Of a stretch of 64,000 bases of DNA, positions 13,284 through 29,157 are shown one piece after another. How positions within the stretch are numbered: position 1 is the first letter of the stretch; every line of letters begins with the position of its first letter. The notes below the pieces were generated by a model that was given only the letters and a program-made list of their open reading frames with translations, ran no database searches and was not told the DNA's origin. Both the position numbers and the translations under genes were made by a program. The stretch comes from Spizellomyces punctatus DAOM BR117 (Eukaryota): the NCBI GenBank assembly GCA_000182565.2, contig KQ257450.1; one strand, written 5' to 3'.

Positions 13284-14916
13284 ATGTTGACAACGGAGGT
13301 GAGCCCTCCAACCGAAGGGCAGGTGACAAATCCCCAACTTGTCCGAGTAGCGGCGTCTCTTCCCTCCAAGGAAGAGAACGCTTCGGTCGAGTCATTCCAA
13401 ACAGCGCCTTCGACATTCTCGGCAACTGAGCCAGATGGAGACTCGCGGACGGGCGGAGCGGACGATACACTGGAGTATACCATACCGGAAGAACAAGTGA
13501 AGCAAAGTGAAGAGGCTGATAGTCATGGGGGCGAGACGGGCCCGACATCTGAGGACCAGCTGACCGAGACGATCACGGCTGGTGGCGCCAACGAGCCACC
13601 TGTTGATGAAACGGCAGAAGCAAACGATAAATCTGCCGATAAACCTTCAGAAGAGGTTCATGGTGAACCTCTGAAGGAGGAAGCTAGAGAGGGATTACCG
13701 GAAGAGAAGGAGCAGGCTACGGTAGCTGCTGGGCGGAAGACGCCAAGGAAGGAGCCTGTAACAACAGTGAGTTTATGAGTGATATCGCGTGGTTGATCGC
13801 TAGTTGATCGGCCATGATGACTTGGGTCTGAGTACGCTTGCCACATTAGACTCCCGCCGCTTCATCGGCCGCTACAAAGGAAGGACATACGTCGTCAAAC
13901 CGAAGGAGATCTACTCCACGTCCGCGCAAAGCCGCGGATGACAAAATGCCAAAAGCTGAACCCACTGAAGCAAGTACTACTGAGCCAACCCAAGCTGACG
14001 AACAGCCAGAAGGTGACGCCGGTCCTGATGACAAACAGGTACGTTTATGGTACATTTGAATCTGACTCCGGACATACCTCATTCCCTTGTGACGTGCAGA
14101 AACCGACGAAACCTTACGTAAATCGTAAGAGACATGAGACCGGTGGCGCCGATAAGAAGGTATTGCTTGAAAGGCAACATGGGTGCACTGATTCTGATGC
14201 TAATGGGTTGACGTCGTCCTAGCGTCTAACAGGCGAGGAACTAGAGAAAAAGATGCAAGAAATGAAACGAAAGAATGCCGAAATTATAAAGAAGCAACAG
14301 GTCAGTACGATAGCAACTTGTGTCATTATGAAGAATCCATGATCTAACGCGATTGTAGGCGGTGGAGGCTGACGAACAGGCGTGGAGGGCTGCGGAAACC
14401 GAACGACGCAAGAAGGAAGATGAGGAGAGAGAAAGGCAATTCGCAGAGACAAGAGCCGCTCGGCAGGTGGCGAAACAAAGGCGAGAGGAGGCGGACGCTA
14501 TTCAACAGACTTTGAGGTAAAGCTTTGCCCTTTTCGGCCATCTGGTAAGTGTGCGGGACTCATCACATCTACGTTGTAGGAGGGAACGTGAAGAAAATGC
14601 TGCACGTAAAGCACAATTGCGGGGAACACGTGAATGGGATCTTGATAAGGAGGAAGTAAAGCAAGACCCAGACCGTCGTCGCGACAATGGATGGGGACGT
14701 CCACGCGAGAGCCACCGCGGAGGTCGAGGACGCGGTGGGAATCGGCGACACATGGACCGCCGTAGTGGTGGTCATGAGCGACATGAACGGGACATGAATC
14801 TGGAGAGCTCTTCTGGTTGGCAGGAGAGAGCGAGAGAAGAACGCGCTGATGCTGAGGGCCCTCCGCCCGACTGGGGTCCAAATCGCGAGATGAGCAAATG
14901 GGGAGATGCTGTCTAA
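13284..14916 (+). CDS. Low-complexity acidic/coiled-coil protein with RGG-rich tail, possibly CCDC9-like
   Basis: Multi-exon; LEKKMQEMKRKNAEIIKKQQAVEADE coiled coil, REWDLDK motif and RGGRGRGG tail. Confidence 0.5.
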
Positions 14917-15134
14917 TGCAAACTGTGACGAATTGAGGTTTTTGGGAAAGTTTTTGCATGTACTTTGAATTTGCGACATAAATATCTTTTGTATGGATAC
15001 GTTGGCTGTGTCATCACAAACTGCAACGAGGCAAAACCTCACTCTCGAATGCACGCAATACTTGAAAACTGAATGTATTTCCACCACACGTCACGATAAA
15101 ACAAAAACTGATACACAATGTTCCCCACTCCACA

Positions 15135-16309
15135 CTATGCCTCATACACCTTCAAACGCTGCTGCAACTGAATAATCTGAGCCAGATATTCAACTTCGCG
15201 AGCGGCGTATCTGTCCTTTGTACTCTCAAGGTCAACAACCTTCGCCTTTAAATCGTCACGTTCTTGCTCAAGAACTTTCACCTGACTTTCAAGATCAGCC
15301 ATTCGCTCGAGTTTCCTCGCACGAGAACGACGGGCTGCTTCTGTATTCTTCTGCCGTTTCATGTCCATTTCAGCAATAATCTCCGAAGGGTCCGACGACC
15401 GCTCCTTCCTCTTCCGACCGACAGTGTATGGAGGCGTTAGATCGACAGACGCCTTCACGACAGTAGGTGTCTGGCGTGACTGCATGGCAGCCAGAGCCTG
15501 CAAATGTTGCTGCAATTGCTGCACTTGGACACCAGCAGCTGCCGCTGCCGCAAGACCTGATGGGTTAACAGCAAGCGTCGCAGCCACCTGGCCAATGTTT
15601 CCGAGGAGCGGCAACAACGCGGCCGAGAGAGGTGCGATGGCAGGCGCCTGAGGCGAGGCCGAAACAACCGGCTTCGCAGCCAACGGCTTTACGGGCTCAA
15701 TACCCTTGGCAGGTACAGGAGGCTTCACCGCAGCGGTACGGCCTTGTTCCCAGGTCGGAGTAAGCTTGGGAAACAAGTCGTTGCCAGCATTGTTCGGAAC
15801 AGCCCAACCTTGGTTGGACTCGAACATTCCGGACAGCGCAAATTCTGGCGAAGAAACATCGACAGTGGACGCTGGGCTAACAGGTGCAGATGGAATCGGA
15901 CTTGGGCATATAGCGACTGGCTGCTGCACAGGTAGGTCCATGAACAGCTTTTCGTCGCCGAATAAGTCGGCCAATGGCATATCTTCCAATCCAGTTGACG
16001 CGGGGGACCCGACGAGAGGAGTAGAAGATGCAGACTCGGCCAACAGCTGATCCAAGGCCTGATCATCTAACAGCCAGTCATTGGTAGGGGAGCAGGAGCT
16101 CGGGAGATCACCAAATAGATCACGGCCATCAAATTCAGGAGAATCCGTGCTCTGTGGAGATGCGGTCGACAGACCAGGCACAATTGGGGTACCTGACAGA
16201 GAGAATAAGCTAAAGACAGGAAAAATGCAATTATGCCCAATGCACCACACATACCACCCAACAACTGGTCAAAATCAAAAATGGTGGCTTCGGTCATGGC
16301 AGGTGACAT
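15135..16309 (-). CDS. GCN4: Gcn4/CPC-1-type bZIP transcription factor (2 exons; intron ~16254-16193)
   Basis: Basic region KRQKNTEAARRSRARKLERMADLESQV, acidic N-terminus with hydrophobic clusters, and a uORF-bearing leader. Confidence 0.9.
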
Positions 16310-16375
16310 GATTGATGTTCAAAAAGGTGACGATATCAAACGACGTAGAGACTTCAAGAGTCAAAAAACAGATTT

Positions 16376-16597
16376 TCAGTGACGGCAAACGATTATTGTC
16401 GTTGTAGTGGTGGTGGTTGTTGTTCCTTCAGTTGGCATGGGCCATTTTGGTTAGACTGAGTGGGAGCCATTTTGGCGTCCGGAAGGTGAGGGAAAGGGGA
16501 TATGGGACGAAAGCAAGACGCGAGAGAGCGTGTTCGTTATGTACGACACGAAGAGGAGAACGAAGAGACGTTCGAGAGATTAAGCGGAGGCGGCCAT
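16376..16597 (-). promoter_or_regulatory. Four upstream ORFs in the GCN4/CPC-1 leader
   Basis: uORF1 16597-16580 MAASA*; uORF2 16470-16393 (25 aa); uORF3 16445-16428 MAHAN*; uORF4 16438-16376 (20 aa); TATAAAA on the minus strand at ~16686-16680. Confidence 0.85.
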
Positions 16598-16768
16598 GAC
16601 GGGCAAAAACGTTTACTGTAATTTGATGGTGAGAATGGGAGAAAGGTGAAGCTTGGGGGGAGGACGCGCTGGGCCTCCTTTTTATATTCTTGGGGGTCCC
16701 CCAATCCACGGGGTAAAATTTTTTTTCCATTAAAAATCAGTTGCTGATATCACGTGTTTTGAGATGTC

Positions 16769-18109
16769 ATGGCAACAAGACGTGGAAGCCAAGATCAACA
16801 AGAGTGCGGGATCCGGCAAAAGACCTGCAAACGAGAAGCAATGTGGTCGTTCCTTGGCCAGCGAGCGGCTTGCACGGTGAGGCCGCCAAGACCAAAATCA
16901 CACATATCACCACTTATCAATAGCGTCCATCGAGTGTATATTACCTCGGTGCGTACATGGCCTTCCACCTCAACAGCACCTTCATCACGAGCAACATTCC
17001 AAACCCACTTTTTTGCAAACCGCGGCGTGCGTCCCAACTCCACGGCAAACACACCTGCCAGTCATAATATCAAAAATCTTGCTCCTGTACAGGCGCCAAC
17101 ATCACCTGAAGCACCATCGAAGAGCGAGACGATACCGCCTGTTGGAGCTTCAGACAACAATGATGCTATGGTCAAGTTGCGGTGGAAAGCCGCCCCAGAG
17201 TATACCCCTGCCGTCTACAAAGAGCTTTCAAAGGCAAAATTGTCTGCTTTTGTCGTCCTGACGGCTATGGCCGGATATGCATTGGCGCCAGGAGCGGTTT
17301 CCGTGTCAACTTTGCTATGGACAACGGCGGGAACTGCTCTCTGCTCTGGAGCCGCAAATGCGATCAACCAATGGATCGAAGCACCCTATGACGCGCAAAT
17401 GTCTCGAACACGCAACCGAGCTCTCGTTCGCCATGCTATCAGCCCGCTGCACGCCTTCAGTGCCGGTATCGCTGGCGGAGCAGCCGGTGTTGCGATTCTA
17501 GCACATTTTGTCAACCCTCTCACTGCCGCGCTCGGGGCTAGCAATATTATCCTCTATACATGTGTATATACTCCTCTGAAGCGGACCTCGATTGCAAATA
17601 CGTGGGCAGGTGCGATTGTAGGGGCGATACCACCCATGATGGGATGGGCAGCGTGTACTGGTAGTCTGGACGCCGGAGCTTGGTTGCTGGCAGCAGTATT
17701 GTACGCTTGGCAATTCCCACATTTTAATTCTCTAAGCTGGAATCTGAGAGCCGATTACTCTAAGGCAGGCTACCGGATGATGTCTGTAACAGATCCGGCG
17801 CTAAACGCGCGCGTATCGTTACGATACAGCTTGCTGCTATTTCCCCTCGCATGGGCCGCGCCGTATCTGGGACTGACGACGTGGTGGTTTGCCTTGGATT
17901 CGTCCATCATCAATGCCGTTATGGCTGCAGGGGCATGGAAATTTTGGAGAAATCCCTCGGATAAGACTGCACGAACGTTGTTCTTTGGTAGTTTAGTCCA
18001 CCTTCCCGTGATCCTAGCCCTTCTCATGATTCACAAAAGCGTAGACAGTGGGGAGGGGGAGAACGATGAGGTCTCATTACAGGGAATATTTAAGTTGTTA
18101 TCCATGTAA
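16769..18109 (+). CDS. COX10: Protoheme IX farnesyltransferase (heme O synthase), intronless; start could be 16841
   Basis: ELSKAKLS, ANAINQWIEAPYDAQMSRTRNR, YTPLKR, WQFPHFNSLSW, DYSKAGYRMM. Confidence 0.96.
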   Translation: MATRRGSQDQQECGIRQKTCKREAMWSFLGQRAACTVRPPRPKSHISPLINSVHRVYITSVRTWPSTSTAPSSRATFQTHFFANRGVRPNSTANTPASHNIKNLAPVQAPTSPEAPSKSETIPPVGASDNNDAMVKLRWKAAPEYTPAVYKELSKAKLSAFVVLTAMAGYALAPGAVSVSTLLWTTAGTALCSGAANAINQWIEAPYDAQMSRTRNRALVRHAISPLHAFSAGIAGGAAGVAILAHFVNPLTAALGASNIILYTCVYTPLKRTSIANTWAGAIVGAIPPMMGWAACTGSLDAGAWLLAAVLYAWQFPHFNSLSWNLRADYSKAGYRMMSVTDPALNARVSLRYSLLLFPLAWAAPYLGLTTWWFALDSSIINAVMAAGAWKFWRNPSDKTARTLFFGSLVHLPVILALLMIHKSVDSGEGENDEVSLQGIFKLLSM

Positions 18110-18215
18110 CTCGTCACTATTTTACTTAGCTACTTGAGGCGGAAATATATAATTTATTGCAAGATGATCAAATATCCACAGGTTCTAGTGGCGACTGGTA
18201 CCTTTTGCTGTGACG

Positions 18216-19148
18216 CTACCCTGTAGATACAGCCGGCTCCACCTTCTCGCCTGTCTCCACCGTGGACACTCCCTGATTATTGTCCTCCTCCCAGGACGCA
18301 ACCACATCCAGGCTGCTCTGCACGGAATCCGCTATAAGTGCGTCTAAACCCGTAGCAAACTGCTGTTTCCGCTTCCTGTCATGAGCTGATGCTTCTTTAT
18401 CTGTAACGTAGAGAGCTTCATCTTCCTTCCAGTAATGTCCCAATGCGGGATGATATCGTGAATCGGCTAGCGCACCATCGAAGAGTTTTTGAACGTGGTG
18501 AAGGGATGTCAGCTAGACGGATGGCCGAATCAGTACGAGCAGGATGCAGATCATATTAGTGCTCGTACTCACTATTCTGTTAGATACAAGAGTGTGGAGA
18601 TCTGGAGTCTGGTATACGGTGCCGTCCAGAATGTAGTATGCGGCCAACAGGTCAACTACCAACGATTTGTCTATTCTTCAGCGAGATATTTTGGGAGAGG
18701 TCGGTGACGGTATTGCAAAGCGTACCATTATTAGGACTCCTGCGCATTCCCTTGGTTATGACAAACAAGCTTGGTTGCACATTCACAATCGCGTATAAAA
18801 GCTCATAGTCGATTCCCGTCATCTGTCTTTTCCGCAATAGAAACAAGGGTTATAGCGAGCACACCAGACTGAAATCGTGAATTCCATAAAGTATGCAGAC
18901 CGCTTATCCAATTGACTAGTTTGCAGTTCGTTAAATCTCGCCTGCATTCGCAGTTGCTCGTTAATTGAAGACTTGTCGTAGAATTCACTCAATGCAAAGT
19001 AATCCATGACATTGTGTTCGCCAAGGCCAAACTGAGAAATGACGAGTGTCAGCAACATGACGACGCCAATCAGATGGCCCAAAAAACTAACATGCTGCAG
19101 GAAGGCTGGGTCTCTCCAGCTAATCTGGGTGAGGTCTTGGTCTTCCAT
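18216..19148 (-). CDS. MED6: Mediator subunit 6
   Basis: MEDQDLTQISWRDP, NVMDYFALSEFYDKSSINEQLRMQ, MTGIDYEL, LFVITK, YYILDGTVYQTPD. Confidence 0.92.
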
Positions 19149-19341
19149 AGTACGGATGGCCAATGTTTGGCAGATGATCGCAGGCCCAAGTGTCAGAGGG
19201 AAATGGTGGACGTTGTTCCCCGCATCCGAACCAGCTCGAACCAGGGTTTGAAGCGCGTCATCAGCCTTCGTCATGCTTCCTCGACTTGCAGCTGTTTGCC
19301 TCACCAACACTTATTGCTCAACTTTCAAACGTTTTGTAAAC

Positions 19342-21794
<2,453 letters not shown>

Positions 21795-21913
21795 TTGGAC
21801 ACAGTAGAAGTACTACGTATGTGTGTTATTGAAGCTGGTCTTGGAACGCATTTTGAAAAACTTTATGGTACATTTACGGAATCTCATATCGCTTTAACCA
21901 TACGCCATTTACG

Positions 21914-22615
21914 CTAAAAGCGGTTTTCACGCTTGATTGGTAAGGTGACCACAAGTAAACTCTTTCCTTTATCCCATTTTGCTTCACCATTATCAGAGTC
22001 TACCAAATCTGGCAAAGGGAGCTTCAGCCGATATTGTGGAGAGCGGATTTCCAATGTCGACTCTGTGCAGTCCAAGTCGACATCCTTCATTTTTGCGTGG
22101 GGCATGGAAATCGAGACAACAAGATCATCTGCGTCGTGTATTGATGGTGTTTTGCCGCTCAGTCCTCCCAAGTAGAGATCATTGGCAGACACGCGTTGGC
22201 GATAGCGAAGGGTGTATCTAAAATGAATGAGCGCGTTTCATTTTTATGCATTGATTTGAAATGGCGATGCATCGTCACTAACTCTGGCAGTGGTCTGGGA
22301 TCTGCCTCGACCTCCACATCAACCTCCACTTCGTCCTCGGTCCAGATCTCATTTGAGTAGGTATCTGGTCTTGATTCCTTTTCCACTAATGAACGCTCTG
22401 CAACTTTTGTCAGTCCAATGGATCCTGGAGAAATATCAGATGTTTGGGAATAGGGTGTGTATGTTGCGGCGGATCCAGACTCTGCCTGGCGTGTGTTCGG
22501 GGCTAATGTGTTAACGACATCCTTCTCTGTATACGCAGAGACATGATCTCACCTCCCCATTGGGAGAGCGGAGCATGTCCGCCAAAGCGAGTATGGACGT
22601 CCCGTCGAGCTCCAT
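21914..22615 (-). CDS. DNAAF6: Axonemal dynein assembly factor PIH1D3/DNAAF6-like
   Basis: SILALADML, IWTEDEV, DPRPLPEYTLRYRQRVSANDLYLG and a C-terminal CS domain (AKWD...LVVTLP). Confidence 0.85.
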
Positions 22616-22898
22616 GGAAGGAATGTAGGGGTATCTGATAATACAAAAAATAACAAACAAAAGTGTCCAAAAGCGCGCAATCCGCGGGATGTTCTGCTTA
22701 CCAATCTCAAACAACGTGACTGTGAGGCATGATATCAAACCTTTGGATTTGTTTTACAAAGTCGTTGTCGAGGATCTTGGCCTGACAGCTTGTTTTTACG
22801 ACCCCTCCTTTTTTTTCCATGCCAAATCGCCACTAGTAACTTTGAGATACAGGATACGCATTCATTTCCGGACTCGATCCCGTACATCCAATACCTGC

Positions 22899-24779
22899 AT
22901 GCCAGACATCATGACACCAGAGAGCCTACGCAAACAGTCACGACTACCCTCATCACCATTAGCAAAGCTTTCCCTATCCCATACTGATGACCCGGTCATA
23001 CCCGCGCTAGAGGATTACGATATTCACCCAGTACATGGCTTCTTGCCGGCTGATCCACCACCACTGCAGCGTTTGCCAGAGTACTTTGAACCTTGGGAGA
23101 AAATCTTGGACGATCTGAGCCCACTGTTGATTGCAGGTGCTTTGCGGAAAGCAGTCAAGCAGGTGCGGTCAACATATTGTCGGGAGTTGAGGTGCTGTTG
23201 ACAAAGGAGAGTTGTGCTGATTTTGGCTTGGTTTTCAGTTACCTGTATTAGCGACGGACGTCCTTTCGACGAAACGTGAATGGCAAAGAGCGTACTTGGT
23301 ACTCTCATTCATTGGTCAAGGATATGTGTGGGGGAAAAATGAAGATGTTGCAGAGGTATATTGAAGATTCGAGATGCTCTTTTACGATAGATCGCGCGGT
23401 TGGTAATCTGGTTGCTAGGTGCTTCCTGTAGCCCTCGCCAGACCATGGTACGATGTAGCACAGTATCTCGGACTCAAACCGGTAATAACGTACGCCGCTG
23501 TGGAACTATATAACTATCGGCTACTTGATACAAACGGGCCGTGGGATTTAAGGTAATTCGGTGGGGACGTTCATAGTGGATCCATATCATTACCATTTTG
23601 ACGAACTGGTCTTCAGTAATTTTGCAGTCATGAACACCTTCACAGGTCCTGATGAAGCATGGTTCTACTTGATCAGTATTGCAACCGAGTCAGCTGGCGC
23701 TCCTGCGCTGCCAGCGATCGTCGCCTGCCTTCATGCTGTTGTGAAACAGGACCTCCCCGCCCTTGTGGCGAATCTCAAGATAGTCGCCGAAGCTATTGAG
23801 GATATAACGAAGGTTATGGTCAGAATGTACGAAAAGGTAACAATTCTACATCCGCTGAGTTATTCTTGCAATCCATCTGACCAAGCTGGCGCCTATAGAA
23901 CGATCCACACATTTTCTATCACCGCGTACGGCCGTATTTGGCAGGTTGGGAACACTCTAGCGAACTGCCCGATGGATTATTTTACGAGGGAGTACTTCCG
24001 GCCAGAGAAACACTGAAAAGCCCATCCGAGCATTGCCCTATTTATGGAGTGAAGGGGGTTTATGCCAATAAATTCGACTGCCCGTACCCGGTACAAGACT
24101 CAGTTGAAAACTTGGCAACTGTCTTTGCTGGGATAAAAATTGAGGGAACGTACCGGAAATACGCGGGCGCCAGCGCGGGGCAAAGTTCATTGATCCACTC
24201 TCTGGACGTGGCGCTGGGCATCTTGCACCATCCAACAAAGAGCACAAAGACTTCGCCGCCACTCTCGCCGACTGAGCCGCATGCGAACGGCAAAAGCAGC
24301 AAACCTCCCATCAACCATATTCACGAAATGCGCAAGTACATGCCAGGTCCCCACCGAGAGTTCATCTACGCATTGGAGCGCGCTCCGTCTATACGAGATT
24401 TCGTCAATGAACTCGTCAACACCCCCAGCTACGATCCAGCCTTGTCTGATGAAGTAAGTCGGATGTACAACCGATGCGTGGAAGGAATGCGAGCGTTCCG
24501 CGATCGACATCTCCAAGTTGTCGCGACGTACATTGTTGTTCAGGCGCGGAAGAAGAAGGAAGTTGGACATTTGGACGTTCCACAAGCGTCGCAGAGTTTG
24601 CGGGTACAACAGGTATGTCTTCGTGACCTCTGCCTATAATTGGGTTAGTAAAAATAATTTAAGAATCGATATGGTTTTAGTCGTTGCAGGCACGGGGAAC
24701 AGGGGGTACGGATCTTATCCCCTTCCTGAAGCAGAGTAGAGACGAAACGAGTGAGGCTCGTGTTCAGTTAGACATTTAA
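22899..24779 (+). CDS. BNA2: Indoleamine 2,3-dioxygenase
   Basis: HGFLP..PPLQRLP, DEAWFY, FYHRVRPYLAGW, YAGASAGQSSL, MRKYMPGPH, FRDRH, RGTGGTDLIPFLKQSRDET. Confidence 0.95.
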
Positions 24780-25141
24780 GCATTTGGATCATTTGACGGA
24801 GCATACAGCGTAAAAACAAGCATGTTAGGGTAGGAGTAGAGTGGTAGAGCAGAGTAGAGAGGTACGGTGTTCTTGGACACGGGGACGGATATCAAGTCAA
24901 GCATTTAAACTTGCCACGCATTGCAAGCCGAATGTGGAGGGGCCATATGGCAACTCTTGTACAGCTTTTTTTTTTGGCGGGTCAATGCAATGGCGATCTT
25001 ATCTATTCATCAATTAAAACATGCCATTATCCCCACAGCAAGGTGCAGGATAACCACACCACGTCTATTTGCATACAAATCTTGATATATAAAAATACAG
25101 CTAACGACGATGCTATATATCTCCCATCAACAATGAACCCT

Positions 25142-26595
25142 TTACCAGTTTTCTTCACTTTGACTAATTTCATCGAAAGCATACACTACCACTCGGGAAA
25201 CATACCGTGCCCAGAAGCCTCTATATAACGTGCGAACTCCAGAAGCAAATCGTCCCACAGAAGCAACGAACCCGGTATTTGATCGTCGATGGGCTGGAAT
25301 ATCGTATGAACCGTACTCTGCTTCATGGTCATGAACCTGGTGCCACTCGCTGGCTAAACCAGTGGACTGATGCCTCCTTCGCCTTCGTCTTCGTTTACTT
25401 TTACCTCCCTCCTCGGCAACAATTGATCGAATGCAATGCCATAGTCCGCTGTAGTACTTGGGGGAGACTTCAACACTCGTTTCACACGCCTGAGGGGCTT
25501 CACCCGGCCCTGAACGAGCAGGAGATGGCGAAAGTCGTTGAAGTTGAATCCGCTTTCTGGCCATATCGATTGGGGTCATGATGCCCACTTCTATCGCCAT
25601 GAACGCCAATGTAGCAAGATGGTGGAGGACAGGGGTGAAGGTTGGGTCGAGTCCTAGTTCTTCAGTGATGATGGTTTTGGAGATGATTCGGAGGACGGGG
25701 GACAAGCCATGGAAAATTATGGATGGCACTAGATGCCTTGCTGAGTAGAGACTGCCAAAGCCTTTGCCTTCTTCGGTCGCGATGGCATGAAGACCGTGTA
25801 GGGGACCATAATACTTTTTCCGATGTGACTGTGACGGTTGCACGATGAGGCTAAATGTAAAGAGAACAATGAGATTGCGGCAAGACGGAGAAATCACCCT
25901 AGTCCAGCGACGTACCGGGTACGAACCAACTCTAAAGGACTTAGCAAACTGCCGACCGCAACATGGCTCAAAACCAGAGTGGCCGGGTGCGTGTCTTCAT
26001 AGACATCAAAAGCGTCATTGATGGCCTCTTCTAATGCGGGCTGCAATATCGCATAAGATGCATGAAACGCAAAGTTGGTGAAATGTCCTACAAGGGTAAA
26101 GAGTACGAGATGATAAGCCTTGCGCTACCGAAATATTGAAAGTCCATCCCACCAAGCCCATACCAACCTGGCCAAACGTAGGAGGTACTACCAACCTTTC
26201 AATAACGAGGTCCATCCCTCTCCATCGCTTTCTACAATTTCGCGAATGTTTTCCCAGACACCATCTTGCAGCGGAGGAAGGTGATCCTCAGTAGTAGTCG
26301 GCACAGCGTCCTGTGCTACTGTTGGCGCCGGGGTCTGTTCAGTCGATTCCTCCCTCTTCTGATATTGTACCTCAGAAAGAGTCTCAACAACTTGAAGAGG
26401 GCTTGTTAACACAGCCAAAACATAATTTCGAAGAGCGAAAGACGCGAGATCCGAGTTATCCCCGTCCCCAAACTCGGAAAACGTCGAAGAGGATGAAGGA
26501 ATGGAGTACGGCGTAATAGAAGAATTCGAAGACGATGCTGAAAAGAATTGTAACGGGTCTATTCGGCTCGTCACAAACTGCAAAAGGGATGCCAT
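25142..26595 (-). CDS. Mitochondrial carrier-like outer membrane fusion protein (Ugo1/SLC25A46 family)
   Basis: Carrier signatures SPLQVVETLSEVQY, SPLELVRTRLIVQ and TPIDMARKRIQLQ; LYRGF; EGWTSLLKG. Confidence 0.78.
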
Positions 26596-26918
26596 GATGG
26601 TCGTTGAGGATTGAGACGATTTCGCACAAATAAGAGCAAGCAGGACGGCAAGTTTTCCGATAGCTGATGAGTCATTCCGTCGTGTCACGTGTGTCATTGG
26701 TTGATGTCACCGGATAAACTTCAATCAACGTCTGAGTAGGGTCTCAAGTCATGGGAGGACTTGGCCTCCGCATTTCACCTGCATTCGCAACCGCTATCTG
26801 GCCCTGTTCCAGTTTTATCAGCTGCTGTCGACGGCTTCCGTGCTATCCTGCTCATTCTGTGAACATTGTTGTTGCGAGGTGTGCCTTTAGTGACCATTCC
26901 AACAAGAAACCCGGTAAT

Positions 26919-29157
26919 ATGGCACCTTTTGGGACAGACCTTTGGAAAACTGTAATATTGCCATTCACAAAGCTGACCGATAACGGAAGCGAAACATTGG
27001 ATACAAAGGCGCAATCGCCAGCAGTTCCGGAGCCGCGTGCCAAAAATGAAAATGCAGCACATCGGGGATCAGAGAAGGAGGATGTTCATCTGGGAGCGGA
27101 GGACGTGTTGACAGACGTTTCGATACACGGGAGTGGGAATGGGCCTGCGGATGGAAGGGACGACACAGTAAAGGGGAAAACGAGTCCCGTTCTCGAGAAT
27201 CAGACTAAGCAGGAAGGTAACAGTGATGTGGCTCCTCCGCTAAACGGCCCACAAAATCCGATCGCAGCAATAGCGTCTCATACCAATCCGGATGGGAAAG
27301 GGGGAGGAGAACTGAAAGAAACGAGTCCTCCATCTCCTCCGCAATTCGCTACACAACCACCACCACCCCCACCACAGCCATTGTCAAAATCAACTATCTC
27401 TGATGCCTCATCATCTCCACTCAAACAGCCAACTCCGACCGTTCCACCGGAACCCGCAAAATACCGCCGGCACAATGTCGTATTACCGTCCTATGAACCC
27501 GAATTATTCCCAGACAATACAGTCGTACCCGAGAGTCCACAAAAGCAGTTCTTTCAACGCATGTTGCATAGCGCGACCAGTTGGATTTTCCGGCGTCCAA
27601 ACAAGCCCGAAGAACCGCGACGTATTACCATACTTGAGCGACTTGTTAGGACACCGCACATTATACGACGTATCGCCATTATAGGTGAGCATCAGGTAAT
27701 CTGCGTTATTGTTGGATTTTTAACTGTTACCAACACGTATGGCGGCAACGAAACTGATACTTCTTTCTTTTTAAGGCGTTCATGGATGGTTCCCTGGAAG
27801 GTTCCTACAGCGGGGTAAGTTTGTGCCATTATTTGCTTTTGCTTAATAGATCCTAAGTCTGCCTTTTCCACGTCAAAGTTGTGGGTGAGCCCACTGGTAC
27901 GTCCGCCAGATTTGCGGAAAAGATGGCCATGGCCGTGCGGTCCTTCTTTTCAGAGCGGTATAACATTATGCTAGACGATGAAGCAATCACCTTGATACCA
28001 TTGGAAGGGGAGGGAAAGGTGGAGCGACGGGTCGCGATGCTGTACCGCCAACTCATCGAGTCCGATCAGGGGTGGCGAAAGAAACTGTGGGACGCGGACA
28101 TGGTCTTTGTTGCCGCACATAGTCAGGGGACGCCTGTATCTGCGATGCTGTTGGCGCGGCTTGTTCGGGAAGGATTAATCGATACATCGCGACAAAAAGT
28201 TTCTCTACTGGCCATGGCTGGGATCACTCATGGTAGGGATGACATTGGCGATGTGTCTCAATAACGGCTGTTTGTTGAAAAGTTGCGTGGCACCGCAGGT
28301 CCCTTCCCTTCGTTGAAATCAAGCATGATTGTCAAATACTTCGAGGCAGATGCAGCCAGGGAGCTGTTTGAGTTTAATGATCCGAACTCGGAAATTGCAA
28401 AAAAGTATTACATAGCCATGCGACACATCCTTGCTTCCGGTGTGAGGGTTGTTGCCGTTGGGAGCTGGTACGATCAGGTCGTTCCGGTATGTGTGGTAGC
28501 CTACATCTTGATGGTTTATCCTTTGCTAAAGAGTATTTTTGCAGTTGTATTCTGCAGTCATGCATGGTTTCCATCACCCAAACATTTATCGTGCCCTGTA
28601 CATTGACGGTGCCGATTACACTCCTGATTTCCTAAGCCATCTCGTCGTCTTCGGGCTCGCCTTGCGGAATGCGGGGCTATCAGATCATGACTTGGTCGTT
28701 CATCTTTCTGATATTCTTGCCGGGAATCTGTACGGATTCGGTACACAAGGGCATTCGGCGATTTATGAGGAAATCAACACATACATGTGAGTCCATTTTT
28801 ACCGTAAATGCGCATCCTCTGTCATACAATTGAACCGCGGTGCTTGCTATTCGTTGCAGGGTGGCTGTTGCGTGGACAATGGGCGGTAAACCACCATGGA
28901 GCATCCCTGCTGTCCCCAACGCACCGTGGAGGAGCAATATGATGGTCTCGCGCAGTCTTAGTGCTCCCCTACGTCTTAACCCATACTATTTGCCCTGGAT
29001 AATGGCGCGCCTAGTGGATGATCGGAATATCCAAAATCATGAGACGCTTAAAACAGAGTTGGATGGTCTTTTGAAAATGTTTGAAATGTGGGAACCTAAT
29101 ACGCGACAGTTGAAGGAGATGCGGTATAGACTAGAACCTCTAAGGTCTAGGTTGTAA
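26919..29157 (+). CDS. Conserved fungal alpha/beta-hydrolase-like protein (yeast YML020W-like)
   Basis: IAIIGVHGWFP, GEPTGTSARFA, LEGEGKVERRV, AHSQGTPVS, DQVVPLYSA, GHSAIYEE, NPYYLPW. Confidence 0.8.

Noticed and set aside
16310..16440. Non-AUG N-terminal extension of Gcn4, as in Neurospora cpc-1
   Set aside because: In-frame TGA at 16321-16319, four codons upstream of the ATG
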